From Cirrosporium novae-zelandiae (taxonomy: Eukaryota): a stretch of DNA of 64,000 nt. Shown here in pieces: positions 51,168-62,014 of this stretch. A model generated the notes under the pieces. The model saw only the letters and a program-made list of their open reading frames with translations. It did no database searches and had not been told where the DNA came from. The first letter of the stretch is position 1. The number at the start of each line of letters is the position of its first letter. Location: contig JAPETS010000023.1 in the NCBI GenBank assembly GCA_026023565.1, positions 248,001 through 312,000 of the forward strand. Direction: 5' to 3'. A program made the translations under genes and the position numbers.

Positions 51168-51886
51168 ATGCCACCACGCACATCTCCCCTTCTAACTACT
51201 CTTACTAAATGCAAACCTGTTCAATTACAATGCAGGTGGAATTCTACAGACAATCCCGCTTCCTCAGCAGGTATATTCGCAACACCCAGAGCTCCATCAG
51301 ACGCAGCTAACATTCAATTCTAGGAGCACTTGCGAACACCCTTTCTCGCACTGAGTTAGCCAGCAACATCTCACCAGACATAAGGGACCAATTCACACGT
51401 CTAGACAAAGCGAGGACCACATATAGGGACCAGCAGAAGTCTGCCGCCGCTCTCGAGGCAAACTTGGTCAAAACTCGAGCAAGGGCGTTGCAACGATTCC
51501 AGCCAAGGAAATGGAAGGGTGGAGATGTCTATGCGCCACATGATTTGGGTCCCATCGAAGCACTAAAATGGCGGCAGCGGAAAAGAGTGGCGGTGGATGT
51601 GTTTGATGCGCTTGGGATCAATCCTTTGAACGAGTACAAGGTATTTCCTTCCCGCCATTATTCGTTTAATTGTGAAGTTGCTGATTACCTCGTACGACAG
51701 AACTTTGCTATGATGGGTGAATATATGACCGAGCTAGGCCGGATAAAACATTCATCGGAAACTGGTCTACGGAACGTCAACCAAAGGAAGATTGCCAAAG
51801 CGATTCGAAGAGCCGTTGGTATTGGTCTCATGCCAAGTGTACATCGTCATCCGGAGATGATAGCAGAGAGTCTGAGGAGGGAGTAA
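51168..51886 (+). CDS. RSM18: Mitochondrial small-subunit ribosomal protein bS18m; introns 51271-51323, 51641-51700
   Basis: WKGGDVYAPHDL, DVFDALGINPLNEYK|NFAMMGEYMTELGRIKHSSETGLRNVNQRKIAKAIRRAVGIGLMPSVHRHPE. Confidence 0.9.
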
Positions 51887-52574
51887 AGCTGTGATCTCCA
51901 AGAATTGTGTGAAGCACATGTACTCTAGTATATATCCGATTCCCCAGGTGTATGAAAGACCGTTCAAAATATATTATTAGAGGATATTGAAATTTCACAT
52001 GGCTCCTTTACACCAATTACAGTTTTGCAGTCGGAGTTAACCTGCGGACAAAAACGGTAAGAAAAAGGCATGAATGCCATGGAATCGGGAATAAAGTCAG
52101 GAGCATAATTAAAATGCTAACGCGGCTGTGGGTTTGGAAAGTTATGCTCAATAGCTCCTAACAACAATCCGTGATATTCTTTAGAGGTGCTTGAGTATCA
52201 GGTTTATATCAACATTTTGTTTAAGCCTACCTCCAATCAAGTTCACACCTACTCTGATTATCATTAGTGAATATGATCAAAGGAACAAAGCATCCGACTC
52301 GAGCTTCATGTCTGCTCCATCCAAATCCTCGATTATATACATGGAATATTCTTCATTTCTGACAACCCCCCCCCCCCCAGGCGCACATAAGACCTCATAA
52401 ACTAAAGCTAGCACAGACGCGGATAAAAGGCCCAAGCCAAAGTATCCTCCACTATCGGCAACAACCTAAATTCTAAGTTCGAGTCACCCCGGCCATTTAG
52501 GGTACAATTGGCAGACCACAGCCAACTCAGATGTCCTTCCGTTTCGAAGACAGGCTCGATCTAGAATAGCTATC

Positions 52575-53765
52575 TTAGTAGAAAACATCTCCTTTCATCA
52601 GTGCTCTTGCCGTTCGATATATTGTGGCGCTTCGTATGGTATCCCCATCCATATCAACACCCACTTCGAGCTTGCCACTTGGATGCCCAATAACAATGGT
52701 ATCATCTATATCAAATTCGGATACTATTTGATTTGGAACTGTGCCCTTTAGTTTGCATGCCGCCGCGAGGTTAAGAGCCATGGTCATAGGCATAGCTCTA
52801 TGAGCTTGTCCCATGGATAAGGCGCGGCAATTGATGTGAACACCTTCTTTGGCGGCTGCATTCGTAGGTTTAGAAAGAAGAACGATTTTGGGAAGGCTTT
52901 GTATATTAGGGTCAAGACCCATGATAGTAGCACCCTCTCGTCGAATATGTTCAAGATCTATCATGACTCTTTTGTTTGACTCTAGCTCGGTGGGAGGGAC
53001 GCTGGTGTCGATGTTTAAGGTGGATGCATTGACAAAAACTCCTGGAGTCGCTACGTCAACGAGTGATACCTGTGGATATAAGATTTCCAAGACGTTTGGT
53101 TGTCTCACTGGAAGCCTTTGGATTGTGTCAACTGGGTTGCCTGTGGGCAAAACTAATCCAGTCTTGGAGCCGCCAGGGTTGTCAAATGATAAAGCGATTT
53201 TTGATGAGAGACTAGGCACCCCATCAATACCGTAGGTACCTGAATCATCAAATTTCATGGTTTGTGGATCTGAGGAGGAGACCTTGAAGGTAGAGTTGAT
53301 CATTTTCCCTGTATTGGTGTTGAACATCCGTATCGTGGTATAATTATAACCATCTGACCTGGTTTCAAGTGATGGTGCTTCCAGTAGACCTTCATTCAAT
53401 GCAAAAGGCCCAACAGCCGCGGACATGTTGCCGCAATTTCCAGCCATGTCTAAGGACCCATCTTCAATACCTACCTGAACGAAGGTATAGTCGATGTCCG
53501 CATCATCCCGTATTGACTTTTCTACCACCATGACCTTGCTAGTCGAAGAAATTCCCGATCCCATGCCATTCAATTGTCGCTTGTAGGGATCTGGGGAGCC
53601 CATTGCACTTGATAGAATGGGTTGCCATTGCGATTTATCCTCTGGAAACGTAGACCCATTAATCATAAGACCGTTCGAGGTACCACCCCGCATCAATGTT
53701 GCTTGGAAAGAAGATTGAATGCTTCGACTAGGTATACTGGGGCGAGGGGTTAGCAAAAGTTTCAT
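52575..53765 (-). CDS. PrpF/DUF453-family isomerase (aconitate/methylaconitate isomerase-like), probable mitochondrial presequence
   Basis: LMRGGTSNGL, AMGSPDP..RQLNGMGSGISSTSKV, GNCGNMSAAVGPFA, PGGSKTG..LPTG, SMGQAHRA, HPSG, YRTARALMKG; intronless. Confidence 0.9.
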   Translation of the reverse strand: MKLLLTPRPSIPSRSIQSSFQATLMRGGTSNGLMINGSTFPEDKSQWQPILSSAMGSPDPYKRQLNGMGSGISSTSKVMVVEKSIRDDADIDYTFVQVGIEDGSLDMAGNCGNMSAAVGPFALNEGLLEAPSLETRSDGYNYTTIRMFNTNTGKMINSTFKVSSSDPQTMKFDDSGTYGIDGVPSLSSKIALSFDNPGGSKTGLVLPTGNPVDTIQRLPVRQPNVLEILYPQVSLVDVATPGVFVNASTLNIDTSVPPTELESNKRVMIDLEHIRREGATIMGLDPNIQSLPKIVLLSKPTNAAAKEGVHINCRALSMGQAHRAMPMTMALNLAAACKLKGTVPNQIVSEFDIDDTIVIGHPSGKLEVGVDMDGDTIRSATIYRTARALMKGDVFY

Positions 53766-54153
53766 CAACTCAACATCTTATAATACAAGGTCCTTGCTTG
53801 ACAAATATTCTGTCTTGGTATAAGCCTAGAAAATGCAAATGGCCTTTTGGATTTGCTCAATCCTGTTTTATAGAGAAGGTCTAAAGCTCCAGATTTGGGT
53901 ATGTAACAAAGCATTGTTCACATCAAGGAGTTGAGAAATGAGAAAGTTGATTCTTTTAGCAGCAGATATTGATATGATCTAGACCTATGTACTTCAGTAT
54001 TCAAACATAGCAGCCATTAGCGGCTATCAGCGGCTATGTAGCAACGTCTCAAGATTTGTCTACAATTCGTAGATTTACCTAACTTAGATCTATCACTTGT
54101 GCTTTCATATAGGTTAAATCGTATAGACTAATCATCAGAGTCGCCATTCATGC

Positions 54154-54642
54154 TTATATAAATGGAGATAATCCCAAGAAATAACATCCCCAAGCCGGCA
54201 AATCTATAGCAACAGTCCTCCACCACTGCACTCTCAAAAATTTGGCAAGCTCCTCGGAATTGCTATCCATATTCTTCTCGCTATTAATCTTCGTCATGAT
54301 TTTTATATGGGACTTAGCCGTCACGAAATGCCCCAATGTTCCCACGATACCTAACCAATACCATTTTCTCGCCGCTTTTGCTACCCCCCCATCGTAGAAT
54401 AGGTTGGCGAGACTAGAGAAGATGCACAAGGATGTAAACCCTAGTGCGCAGACCCTTCCATAGACATCCATTTCTCGAAAGTAGGTTGGAAGGATAGCGT
54501 TGGAGTGAGTGCGGATGGAGGGGGAAAGCAAGGGTGACAAAAGGCCCAAGGCATCAGTTTCGTGCATTAGTAGGAAAGAAGAAGAGATGAATGGGGTGAG
54601 GCGAAGGAGGGCAATGGGGTCAAAGACTTGGCGGGAGGCCAT
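54154..54642 (-). CDS. Small four-helix integral membrane protein (DUF1772/anthrone-oxygenase-like, tentative)
   Basis: 162-aa intronless ORF; LLRLTPFISSS..ILPTYF..WYWLG..GHF..FLRVQWWRTVAIDLPAW pattern of a common fungal membrane family. Confidence 0.6.
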   Translation of the reverse strand: MASRQVFDPIALLRLTPFISSSFLLMHETDALGLLSPLLSPSIRTHSNAILPTYFREMDVYGRVCALGFTSLCIFSSLANLFYDGGVAKAARKWYWLGIVGTLGHFVTAKSHIKIMTKINSEKNMDSNSEELAKFLRVQWWRTVAIDLPAWGCYFLGLSPFI

Positions 54643-55327
54643 ATTGAGCAGGAAGAAGAAGATCTACGATATCTAGATTAATAGTTAATAATTGAATTAG
54701 TGTAAGGGCTGCTTACCAATATTTCTCTGGTTACACTTTAAATAATGAATGTAAAGATAAGTAGCGGTGCTTAGTAGAAGTAATAAAGGAATGATAAAAA
54801 AGTAAACCTACTCGGGTAGATGGGTATTTATCTACACCATCAAGCTGATATTTACGTCTATATCTAGTTAGAATATGATGAATGGGTGAGGTGAGCCAAA
54901 CATTCCTACTTGGTAAAATCCTGCAGGATCTTGGTCCGCGGGGAGTACAAAGTTCCGATCCGAGCTACTTTATAGCCATCGACATCAAAGATTCCCTTAA
55001 CAGAATGACAATACAGACATCTGGCAGATAATGAAGTAATCATAATATCAACTCTTATTGGATTCTATGTAGCATAGGGGTTTTACTTTAAGACCCCTAT
55101 TAGACCGTATTTAGTAAAAAAAGAACCATAAGCATGCCCAACTCCAGTTCCGTCAGCGGGCCAGTTTGGCCTAAAGCAATCCAATCCAGCGAATGATCTG
55201 AACTCCGGGGTATATATTCGTCTAAGCCTGAGCACGGCTCATGATTGCTAAGTGAATGGAAGAACTGCGAATGACTTTACTCGACAGAGGTGCCAGGAAG
55301 TACGCCAGAACAACTTTAGAACTTAAT

Positions 55328-56986
55328 CTAAGTTTCATCCTTTATAGAATCACGCTTGCGAAAAAATCTCTCTGCATCCTCTTCCGACATTTCTTCCCCT
55401 TGTCCAACACCAGTCCACCTCTTCAGTTTGCGGCCACCAATCCAGTCACGAACGGTACATGGTTCGCTTTCTCGCCCTTGGCATACCTTCTTGCGTCCAA
55501 GATTTTTGAACCGTGGCCCAAGTGGCCCGTTAACATAATGGTACTGACCTGCAAAACGATACTGGCGATTGTCGCTCAATGGATAGAACTTGTCACCCCA
55601 ATGGCCAGAGAAGTAAAACCATTCTGTGGGTGCCTTTGGGGTTACATTGGATGATCGTAGAGTATCGGAAAGGTAATCATAGGTGTACGCGTGGGCGTTT
55701 AGTCGCGGATCCCACAAGGGACCACGATCGGTTACATCATGAAGAAGACCCCAAGGCAAGATATACGAGTGCACACCCGGTGTCGCATACATGGCATGTG
55801 TTCCGGTTGCCGAGTAAATAACTGGCCGACGCCCAATTTTCTCAACAGCCTCATAGGAGTAAGCCTCACCAAAGCTGTGTTCTGAAAAAAATACTGCTTT
55901 GGGAACGCCATCCTGAAACCGTACGAGAGAATGCTCCCAATCACCTACATGATTTCCAAACCGGACATTTAGGACTTTGTTTCCAAGGTTGTAACTGTAA
56001 AAGTAAAACCAGAAGGCGTCCACAATACCGTGGCCTTTTGAAACAACAATGAGAACAGCTGGAGCATCGCTGCGCCCTCCAACTAATCGTTTTTGGAGAT
56101 CGGATTTGCGGCGAGCAAGTTCCACTTTGGGTAGGTATTCTGGGTCTGGGCCTGGGTCAACGAGTTCTTCTCCCTCATCAGTATCTGTCGGAATGCGCTC
56201 AGTGGAGCTTGAGCCTGGTCGGTCTCCTCCGAGACCTCGGATACTGCCTTCACCAACATTGTACCACTGAGCGCGATTTTCCTCTGTGTCGTCAGGTAAC
56301 GGCCCGTCAACTTTCCCATTCCATTCTGCCCAAGACGCTGTGTCATAATTATCATCTTCGGCGTCTCCAGGAATGCTTGGGATGTTTTTTTCACCACCGA
56401 GCCAGTCGGGACGTTCCTCAACATTGTCATCACTCGTTAAATATACAAATCGGCCATCATCAAATTCATTCAAGTCATCAAGGTTGCTCAATCTGATATT
56501 GTTGAATCGTCCAGCGATCGGGGTATAGTTGAGCTGAGGCGTTATATGCTCCAGATGTTCGGCAATGTCACCAGGCCAGAATTTCTCGTCCGAGTAAAGA
56601 TGGACCAGAGGAGCATAATCGAGAACATATTGAGGGATTTCTCGCATCACACGTTCATCATCCGCCCAATCCGCTGGGTCGGTTTTTCCCTCTAACCAAG
56701 GATTTGGCCAGTGGGTATGATTGCGAAGAGGTCTCTGCTCCTTCCTCGATTTATGTCGTGCAAGCCCATTCTTGTGCCATACATGGGCTGCACCACAAAT
56801 GCCAAACCATCTACAGGCAGTCCTATCTAGCCATGAATGTGAGCTAGCGATCCACCTTTTATCCTCTTTGGCCTCGTCGGTCTTCCCTCCGGCTTCTGGA
56901 TTCAGATGATCATAGAGACCCGTGAAAGAGATATAGCCAATCAACGAAGTGAGGATGGCAATAACGACCCGTCCCTTAGCTGTCAT
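55328..56986 (-). CDS. VPS62: Vacuolar protein sorting Vps62-family protein (N-terminal TM anchor); true start uncertain
   Basis: IPQYVLDYAPLVHLYSDEKFWPGDIAEHL, VDAFWFYFYSYNLGN, FGNHVGDWEH, PVIYSATGTHAMYATPG, TDRGPLWDP, GHWGDK, GPLGP; first in-frame ATG 56986, but the frame is open to 57376. Confidence 0.9.
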   Translation of the reverse strand: MTAKGRVVIAILTSLIGYISFTGLYDHLNPEAGGKTDEAKEDKRWIASSHSWLDRTACRWFGICGAAHVWHKNGLARHKSRKEQRPLRNHTHWPNPWLEGKTDPADWADDERVMREIPQYVLDYAPLVHLYSDEKFWPGDIAEHLEHITPQLNYTPIAGRFNNIRLSNLDDLNEFDDGRFVYLTSDDNVEERPDWLGGEKNIPSIPGDAEDDNYDTASWAEWNGKVDGPLPDDTEENRAQWYNVGEGSIRGLGGDRPGSSSTERIPTDTDEGEELVDPGPDPEYLPKVELARRKSDLQKRLVGGRSDAPAVLIVVSKGHGIVDAFWFYFYSYNLGNKVLNVRFGNHVGDWEHSLVRFQDGVPKAVFFSEHSFGEAYSYEAVEKIGRRPVIYSATGTHAMYATPGVHSYILPWGLLHDVTDRGPLWDPRLNAHAYTYDYLSDTLRSSNVTPKAPTEWFYFSGHWGDKFYPLSDNRQYRFAGQYHYVNGPLGPRFKNLGRKKVCQGRESEPCTVRDWIGGRKLKRWTGVGQGEEMSEEDAERFFRKRDSIKDET

Positions 56987-57209
56987 AGGCTCGTTTAGGG
57001 ATGGGATAATTGAGTCGGCAGTGGTTATGAGTTCTTTATTGTTCTGTTCCTTCTCTTCCGATCTGAAACTCTTTTCTGGAGCATGAAAAGGACTGTTGGT
57101 TTGGTCTTTCAGGGAACCAGTGATATGTGTTTGAGGATACTCTAATGTAGGAGGAACGTTGATAATAACGGGGTCGTTATAGATGTGGCTGTTGATGTCG
57201 ATGTTGGTG

Positions 57210-57430
57210 TCACTGGTCCCAGTCGATGTCAAGGTGGATGAAGTCGGAATGGAAGAGGGCAAGGACGACTGAGGGAGATAGGATGAGGTAGATATAACGG
57301 ATGGAGCAAGCTCCGGGACAACAAGAGGAACCCGCCAGCCATGACGAAAAGAGATGGTTCCGGGTAGGGCTGCCACTAAGAACCAGACACAAAAATCTAG
57401 TCAGCAAGCGCACGTTGATGATTACCACAT
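57210..57430 (-). CDS. Spliced 56-aa upstream ORF / microprotein 5' of VPS62 (exons 57430-57426, 57375-57210)
   Basis: GTCAAAATG context; 50-nt intron GTAATC..GCTGAC..TTAG; product MCGSPTRNHLFSSWLAGSSCCPGACSIRYIYLILSPSVVLALFHSDFIHLDIDWDQ*. Confidence 0.55.
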
Positions 57431-59262
57431 TTTGACAATGAAAACACAATTGCGGATTAGTATTGAACAGTTAAGAGGGAAGGCCAATAGTCAGATTGAG
57501 TTTGGGGCCGGTTTACAGCGGTCAAGGAACAGAAAAGGATGGGGATTGGTCATCAGAAGGTCAGGGAAAGCTTGAAAGATTCAGAGCGTAAGAGGTTGGG
57601 AGGGGATTTTTTGGGCATGAGTCGATGAATAAGATGATTGATGTAGAGGTGAGTAACTTGGGAAGGACCCTAAGTGGTGGGAGTGATGGTAATTGGGGGG
57701 TGGGAGTGGAGGTTTAGATCGTGTTCAAGATTTCTCGGACAACGTGGATAGACGAGCCCCGATGGTGATGCCACCAAAATGGTACCCGCCACGCAACTTG
57801 AGCCGAATTCCCGTCCTAAAATGAGAAAGAGACATGCAAACACTTTGACCACCTCATCCAGACACCGAACAAAGAAAAAAAAAGAAGAAAAAAACTAGGC
57901 TATCTAATTGAACTATGAATATTAATTGCTGAACAAACTTGTTTGGCTTCTGGGGGAGAGAAACGACTCGGAAGTTCAGTCATCATTTCCAATTCAAAGT
58001 TCAAACTTATCGATAGATAGACGGATCGGATAAGCAAGGATGATGATGATGGTGATGATACTGTACATCAACTACCCCTCATTACACCCAATCGACCAAG
58101 GTCTTAGAGCCATGGGTTGCTTGACATAAGTGTTGTTCTGTTTTTGTGCAGAGTAATGTTGCGTTGTACAGTACATTCCTGATAGCCAAGAACGAACGGG
58201 TTTCGGATTTTGAGGATAGCGCAGAAACCGGTTGCTTGATACAGTGCCCAAATGCCCCTGGCCCTGGCTCTGGCCCGTTTGGGCATCCACTGGACCTTTT
58301 TGTGGATGATGGCACGCAAGACCAGATGCAGCATGAGTGGATAGGATAGGGTTGCAGATGGGTAGATGTGTGCCACGGGGATATCGGATATGAAAATCGG
58401 AACGGACTTACTGTTGCTTGGATTGTTAATCAATCACCATAATATGTATGGAAACCAATCAATCCACAATTTGAGACTCGAGATATATAAGCAATGTGAC
58501 TTATCAAGGCTAAACTTTCTTATCTGATAGTCTAAATTGCTGACTGATTGCTCGTATTGAAGCAGGATTTACGTATGGGGGGATTTTGAAAGGAAGAAGG
58601 ACACAGAAGAATTGGAAAGAAGAAGGAAGGAAGCGGAGAAGGGAAGGAGAAAGGATTCAAAGTCTGAGGACAAAATGGAGAGATAGACTTAGCGCTTGGC
58701 TTGTTGGGGGGGGGGGGGTGATTCCAAGAAAGAAAAGTTAACCATTTGATAGACACCGCTTATTTGCTTACCTAGGTGTTAGATACCTATGTTACAGACA
58801 GGAACGAGTACGAGGATTGTGTGTGGTTATGGATTGACATGGGACGATGGTGAGAGAAAATGATGATGCAGCCAAGATTTGTTAGCCAAAGAACTAAAGA
58901 AGCCTCACATAATTACTTGTGTGGTACTGTGTACGGTGGTAATACTTAGTACTGTGGATCCCTTGTATGGTACGCACCGGTCCGAACTCTACCCGAAAAG
59001 CTTAATCAATTACTTTTCTCATTCTTGTCTTTCTCTTCATCATCATATGTCAGGTCCTGCCATACACACAAATGTCACAACACTACTCGAGTACAATCTA
59101 CACTGTACTATCAAGATCTCCAAAAATAAAAAATAAAAAATAATCATCTCTATCAAAGAACGTCCTCTAGATATTCCACACTAAAATAAACTGTCCAGAA
59201 TTATCATCATCTATTCTCTTGACCATCAAACAAGACAACAGCTATCAACTAAATACCCTACT

Positions 59263-60230
59263 ATGGTTTCACAGGACAATTCAGATGATTCGGATTGGGA
59301 ATATGAATATGAAGATATCGAAACTGAAGTGAGTTGTCGTCCAAGATGAGAACTAAGAGAATTGCATAAATATATATATATATATGTGCAAGCACTGCTG
59401 ATCATTTGGGACTAAAACCTTTCTAGACATTTTATGTCAACCTCGACCTCTCTACTGTTGATGGCCCCGTCAAACCAGCTCGACATGGCCAGCCCGATAG
59501 CCTCCCACCCAATTCTTTTGCTGAAGAGTCTAATGATCCCATTCAAATCTTAGGCCTTGATACCATCAACCCCATCATATCCTACAAAAGCCATTATTTT
59601 GACTGTACTTGGGCTGATACAATCGGAACTGAGCTATTTTTCGTCAAACCACAAACACCGGCAGGCCCTAATATCCCAATTGAACTTCTTTCTGTGAGCA
59701 ATGTCAAAATCACTGGCCATTCTGTTAACATCATTCCCCAAAAACCTTCCACAAATCAGGAAGCAATATCTACTCCAGTTCCACCCGCAACCCCAACTTA
59801 TCACCCCATCATTGGCTCTTTGAAGATTGATCTTCCAAAGGATGCCACACAACTACGAAAAAACCAAGCCCACTTTCTCGAACAACTCATGGCCGTAAAG
59901 GCTTCTAAAGGCGAGCTGGACCACGTCCTGATACACAGTACAAAGCGAAGCACGTACGCACCAGTCCCACAAGTTCGCCGATCGCGAACGGAAGAGACTA
60001 TGAGGGATGATTTGCAGAGGATGAGGAGATTGGCCATGGAAGGAGATGAAGGGTCGAGAGCAAAAATGCTAGAGCTATTAAAGCGGTTAGAAGTTGTAGA
60101 AACGCAGAGGAGAACTACGTATGCTGCCTTACTGCAAGGGTCCAACAGTCAAGCTAAGAGTACAAGCCAAACAACCCCATCTATTTCAACATCAGAAGGA
60201 GATACGCCAATGCCAGATGTACCATCATGA
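59263..60230 (+). CDS. TFIIIC triple-barrel domain subunit (TFIIIC_sub6 / Tfc7-like); intron 59329-59426
   Basis: MVSQDNSDDSDWEYEYEDIETE|TFYVNLDLS..IQILGLDTINPIISYKSHYFDCTWADTIGTELFF..FLEQLMAVKASKGELD. Confidence 0.75.
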
Positions 60231-61324
60231 GGGACGTTACCCTGCATTCCTCCTATGCAAACAAGATGCGTGTGCATTAATGGCACGGGCTAAGGATAAC
60301 TGTTATGTTTATCCCGAAGAGACGCGGGCTCGGACGAATATCTAGAATCCCAGAGCTATCGTAGATGTGAATTACTTAAGGCTACCCACGAAAGCGAACT
60401 GGCTTTCTATCCTTGAAGATTGCCATAACCGCTTAAAATACACAGGCCTAGTCCATATATCGCCAATCTACATAATTTAAGAGGTGTGTTAAGCAGCTAA
60501 TACATAGTCAAGACCTTTGAACCATTGACAACATCTAAGAGATGCGTTTACGGAATAATTCGAATTCTCTAGGCGACATAGGGGCCTCCCCTCATTCCCA
60601 TTTCGATCCTTGAGTACGTCTGAGATAGCTATTACCAACGATATATACAGTTGATACATCCTCGCATCCAAGCCTCATTATATCCCCTTAATATCTATCT
60701 CCTCCTCAAACCTCATCCAATCATGGGTCTTTCATGCAAGTACCAAATCATTTCCTGATTATCTACCCTACCCTACCCTTTCGACATCTATCTCTATAAA
60801 TAACCTAATCATGCACCTATCCTCAAAAGCGCAGTTAATGTGTGGAAACAACTATTCTCTGGTTTCGATACTAGCGAAGTAGTTTGTAAATGAGTGACAC
60901 GTATTTTCGGATCCCATCTTGCAGTTCGTTCTTGAGGAAGAGCTGGGAGGGAGCATAAGGAAACTCCCATATGTGTGTGGGTAGCCTTCGTTTGGGGACG
61001 GAGGAGACTCTTGAGAAATAATTGGCCAAGTTAAAGATTTTAAAAGTCACCGGGGGGGGGCTTCCAACACAAATACCCTCCATTTGTTCGATATTGATTT
61101 TCGCCTATCTGACATATGAAGAATATTAGAAGTATTTTTTGCACGAACGTTTATATTCGTTCATAAACTAGCAACTCTCATTTGATTAATAAACGAAATA
61201 CTCCTGTACCTTCAATACTCAAAATCTCTAATTCCAATGCTCGTGTCACGAACCCATCCTTCTTTTTCCCATGTCCTATGTTAAGTAGGACAGGATCCAA
61301 AAACAAACCCAAAAACATAATCAC

Positions 61325-61437
61325 TGCTTCCACACGGATTCGAACCGGGGACCTCGACATTTTTTTTCTGTAAATTTCCTCTTTTTAGAGAGGTGTGTTT
61401 TACTAGTGTCGCGCTCTACCAACTGAGCTATAGAAGC
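61325..61437 (-). tRNA. tRNA-Thr(AGT) with 40-nt intron (61400-61361)
   Basis: Minus strand GCTTCTA-TAGCTCAGTTGGTAGAGC-G-CGACA-CT-AGT-A[intron]A-TGTCG-AGGTC-CCCGGTTCGAATCCGTG-TGGAAGC-A; T-runs follow. Confidence 0.92.
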
Positions 61438-62014
61438 TGGAAGCTAGGTGTTTGCTGTGAAATCTGATGTTTGGTAATTGATTTAAATAGAACTGCTGGT
61501 GATGACCCGATATTAGTTTGATTTGATTAATTATATGTCTTTATGGATGGGTTGACAGAACAAACTCTGGGTGCCTGTTTGTTTGTTTGTTTTGTTTGAA
61601 TAACTTTAGGTACGTTTGATTCGAATTAATTTGGTTTGATTTAAGATACTTCATTGGATCTAGAAATTCTGAGGAGAGTTTAGATATATCATTCAATTAT
61701 TTATCCCCAACACGCATGTATAGCTAGCTTCTTTCGAGGATGTAAGGGATTCTTGTAAGTAGATGGATGGTTTTTACATTTTCGAAGAAGAAGAAGTGAG
61801 AAGAACAGGTAGGCTCTGCAATTAAATTGATAATTTATACATGTTGACGCTTCCACTGGATCTATTTTGCTTGATGCTTCAGCACGTTTGGGCATCTTTA
61901 TTTTATTTTTATTGTATGTGAACCGTCTGGTTTGGGTTGAGAAAGAAGGGAGTATAACAATTTCCGTCGCATGTACCAATATCAGGAAGGGAATCAGTCT
62001 ACTTGTTAAATTTT

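Noticed and set aside
42942..54642. Cupin, AKR, thioesterase, PrpF and membrane protein as a secondary-metabolite cluster
   Set aside because: No PKS/NRPS/terpene core, transporter or cluster regulator, and housekeeping genes CIA84 and RSM18 interrupt the run.
55074..55100. Hairpin ATAGGGGT...ACCCCTAT downstream of VPS62
   Set aside because: A single short inverted repeat; expected occasionally by chance in 64 kb, and bacterial-type terminators do not apply here.
59263..61437. TFIIIC subunit gene adjacent to a tRNA gene
   Set aside because: tRNA genes are dispersed; proximity alone gives no evidence of a link.
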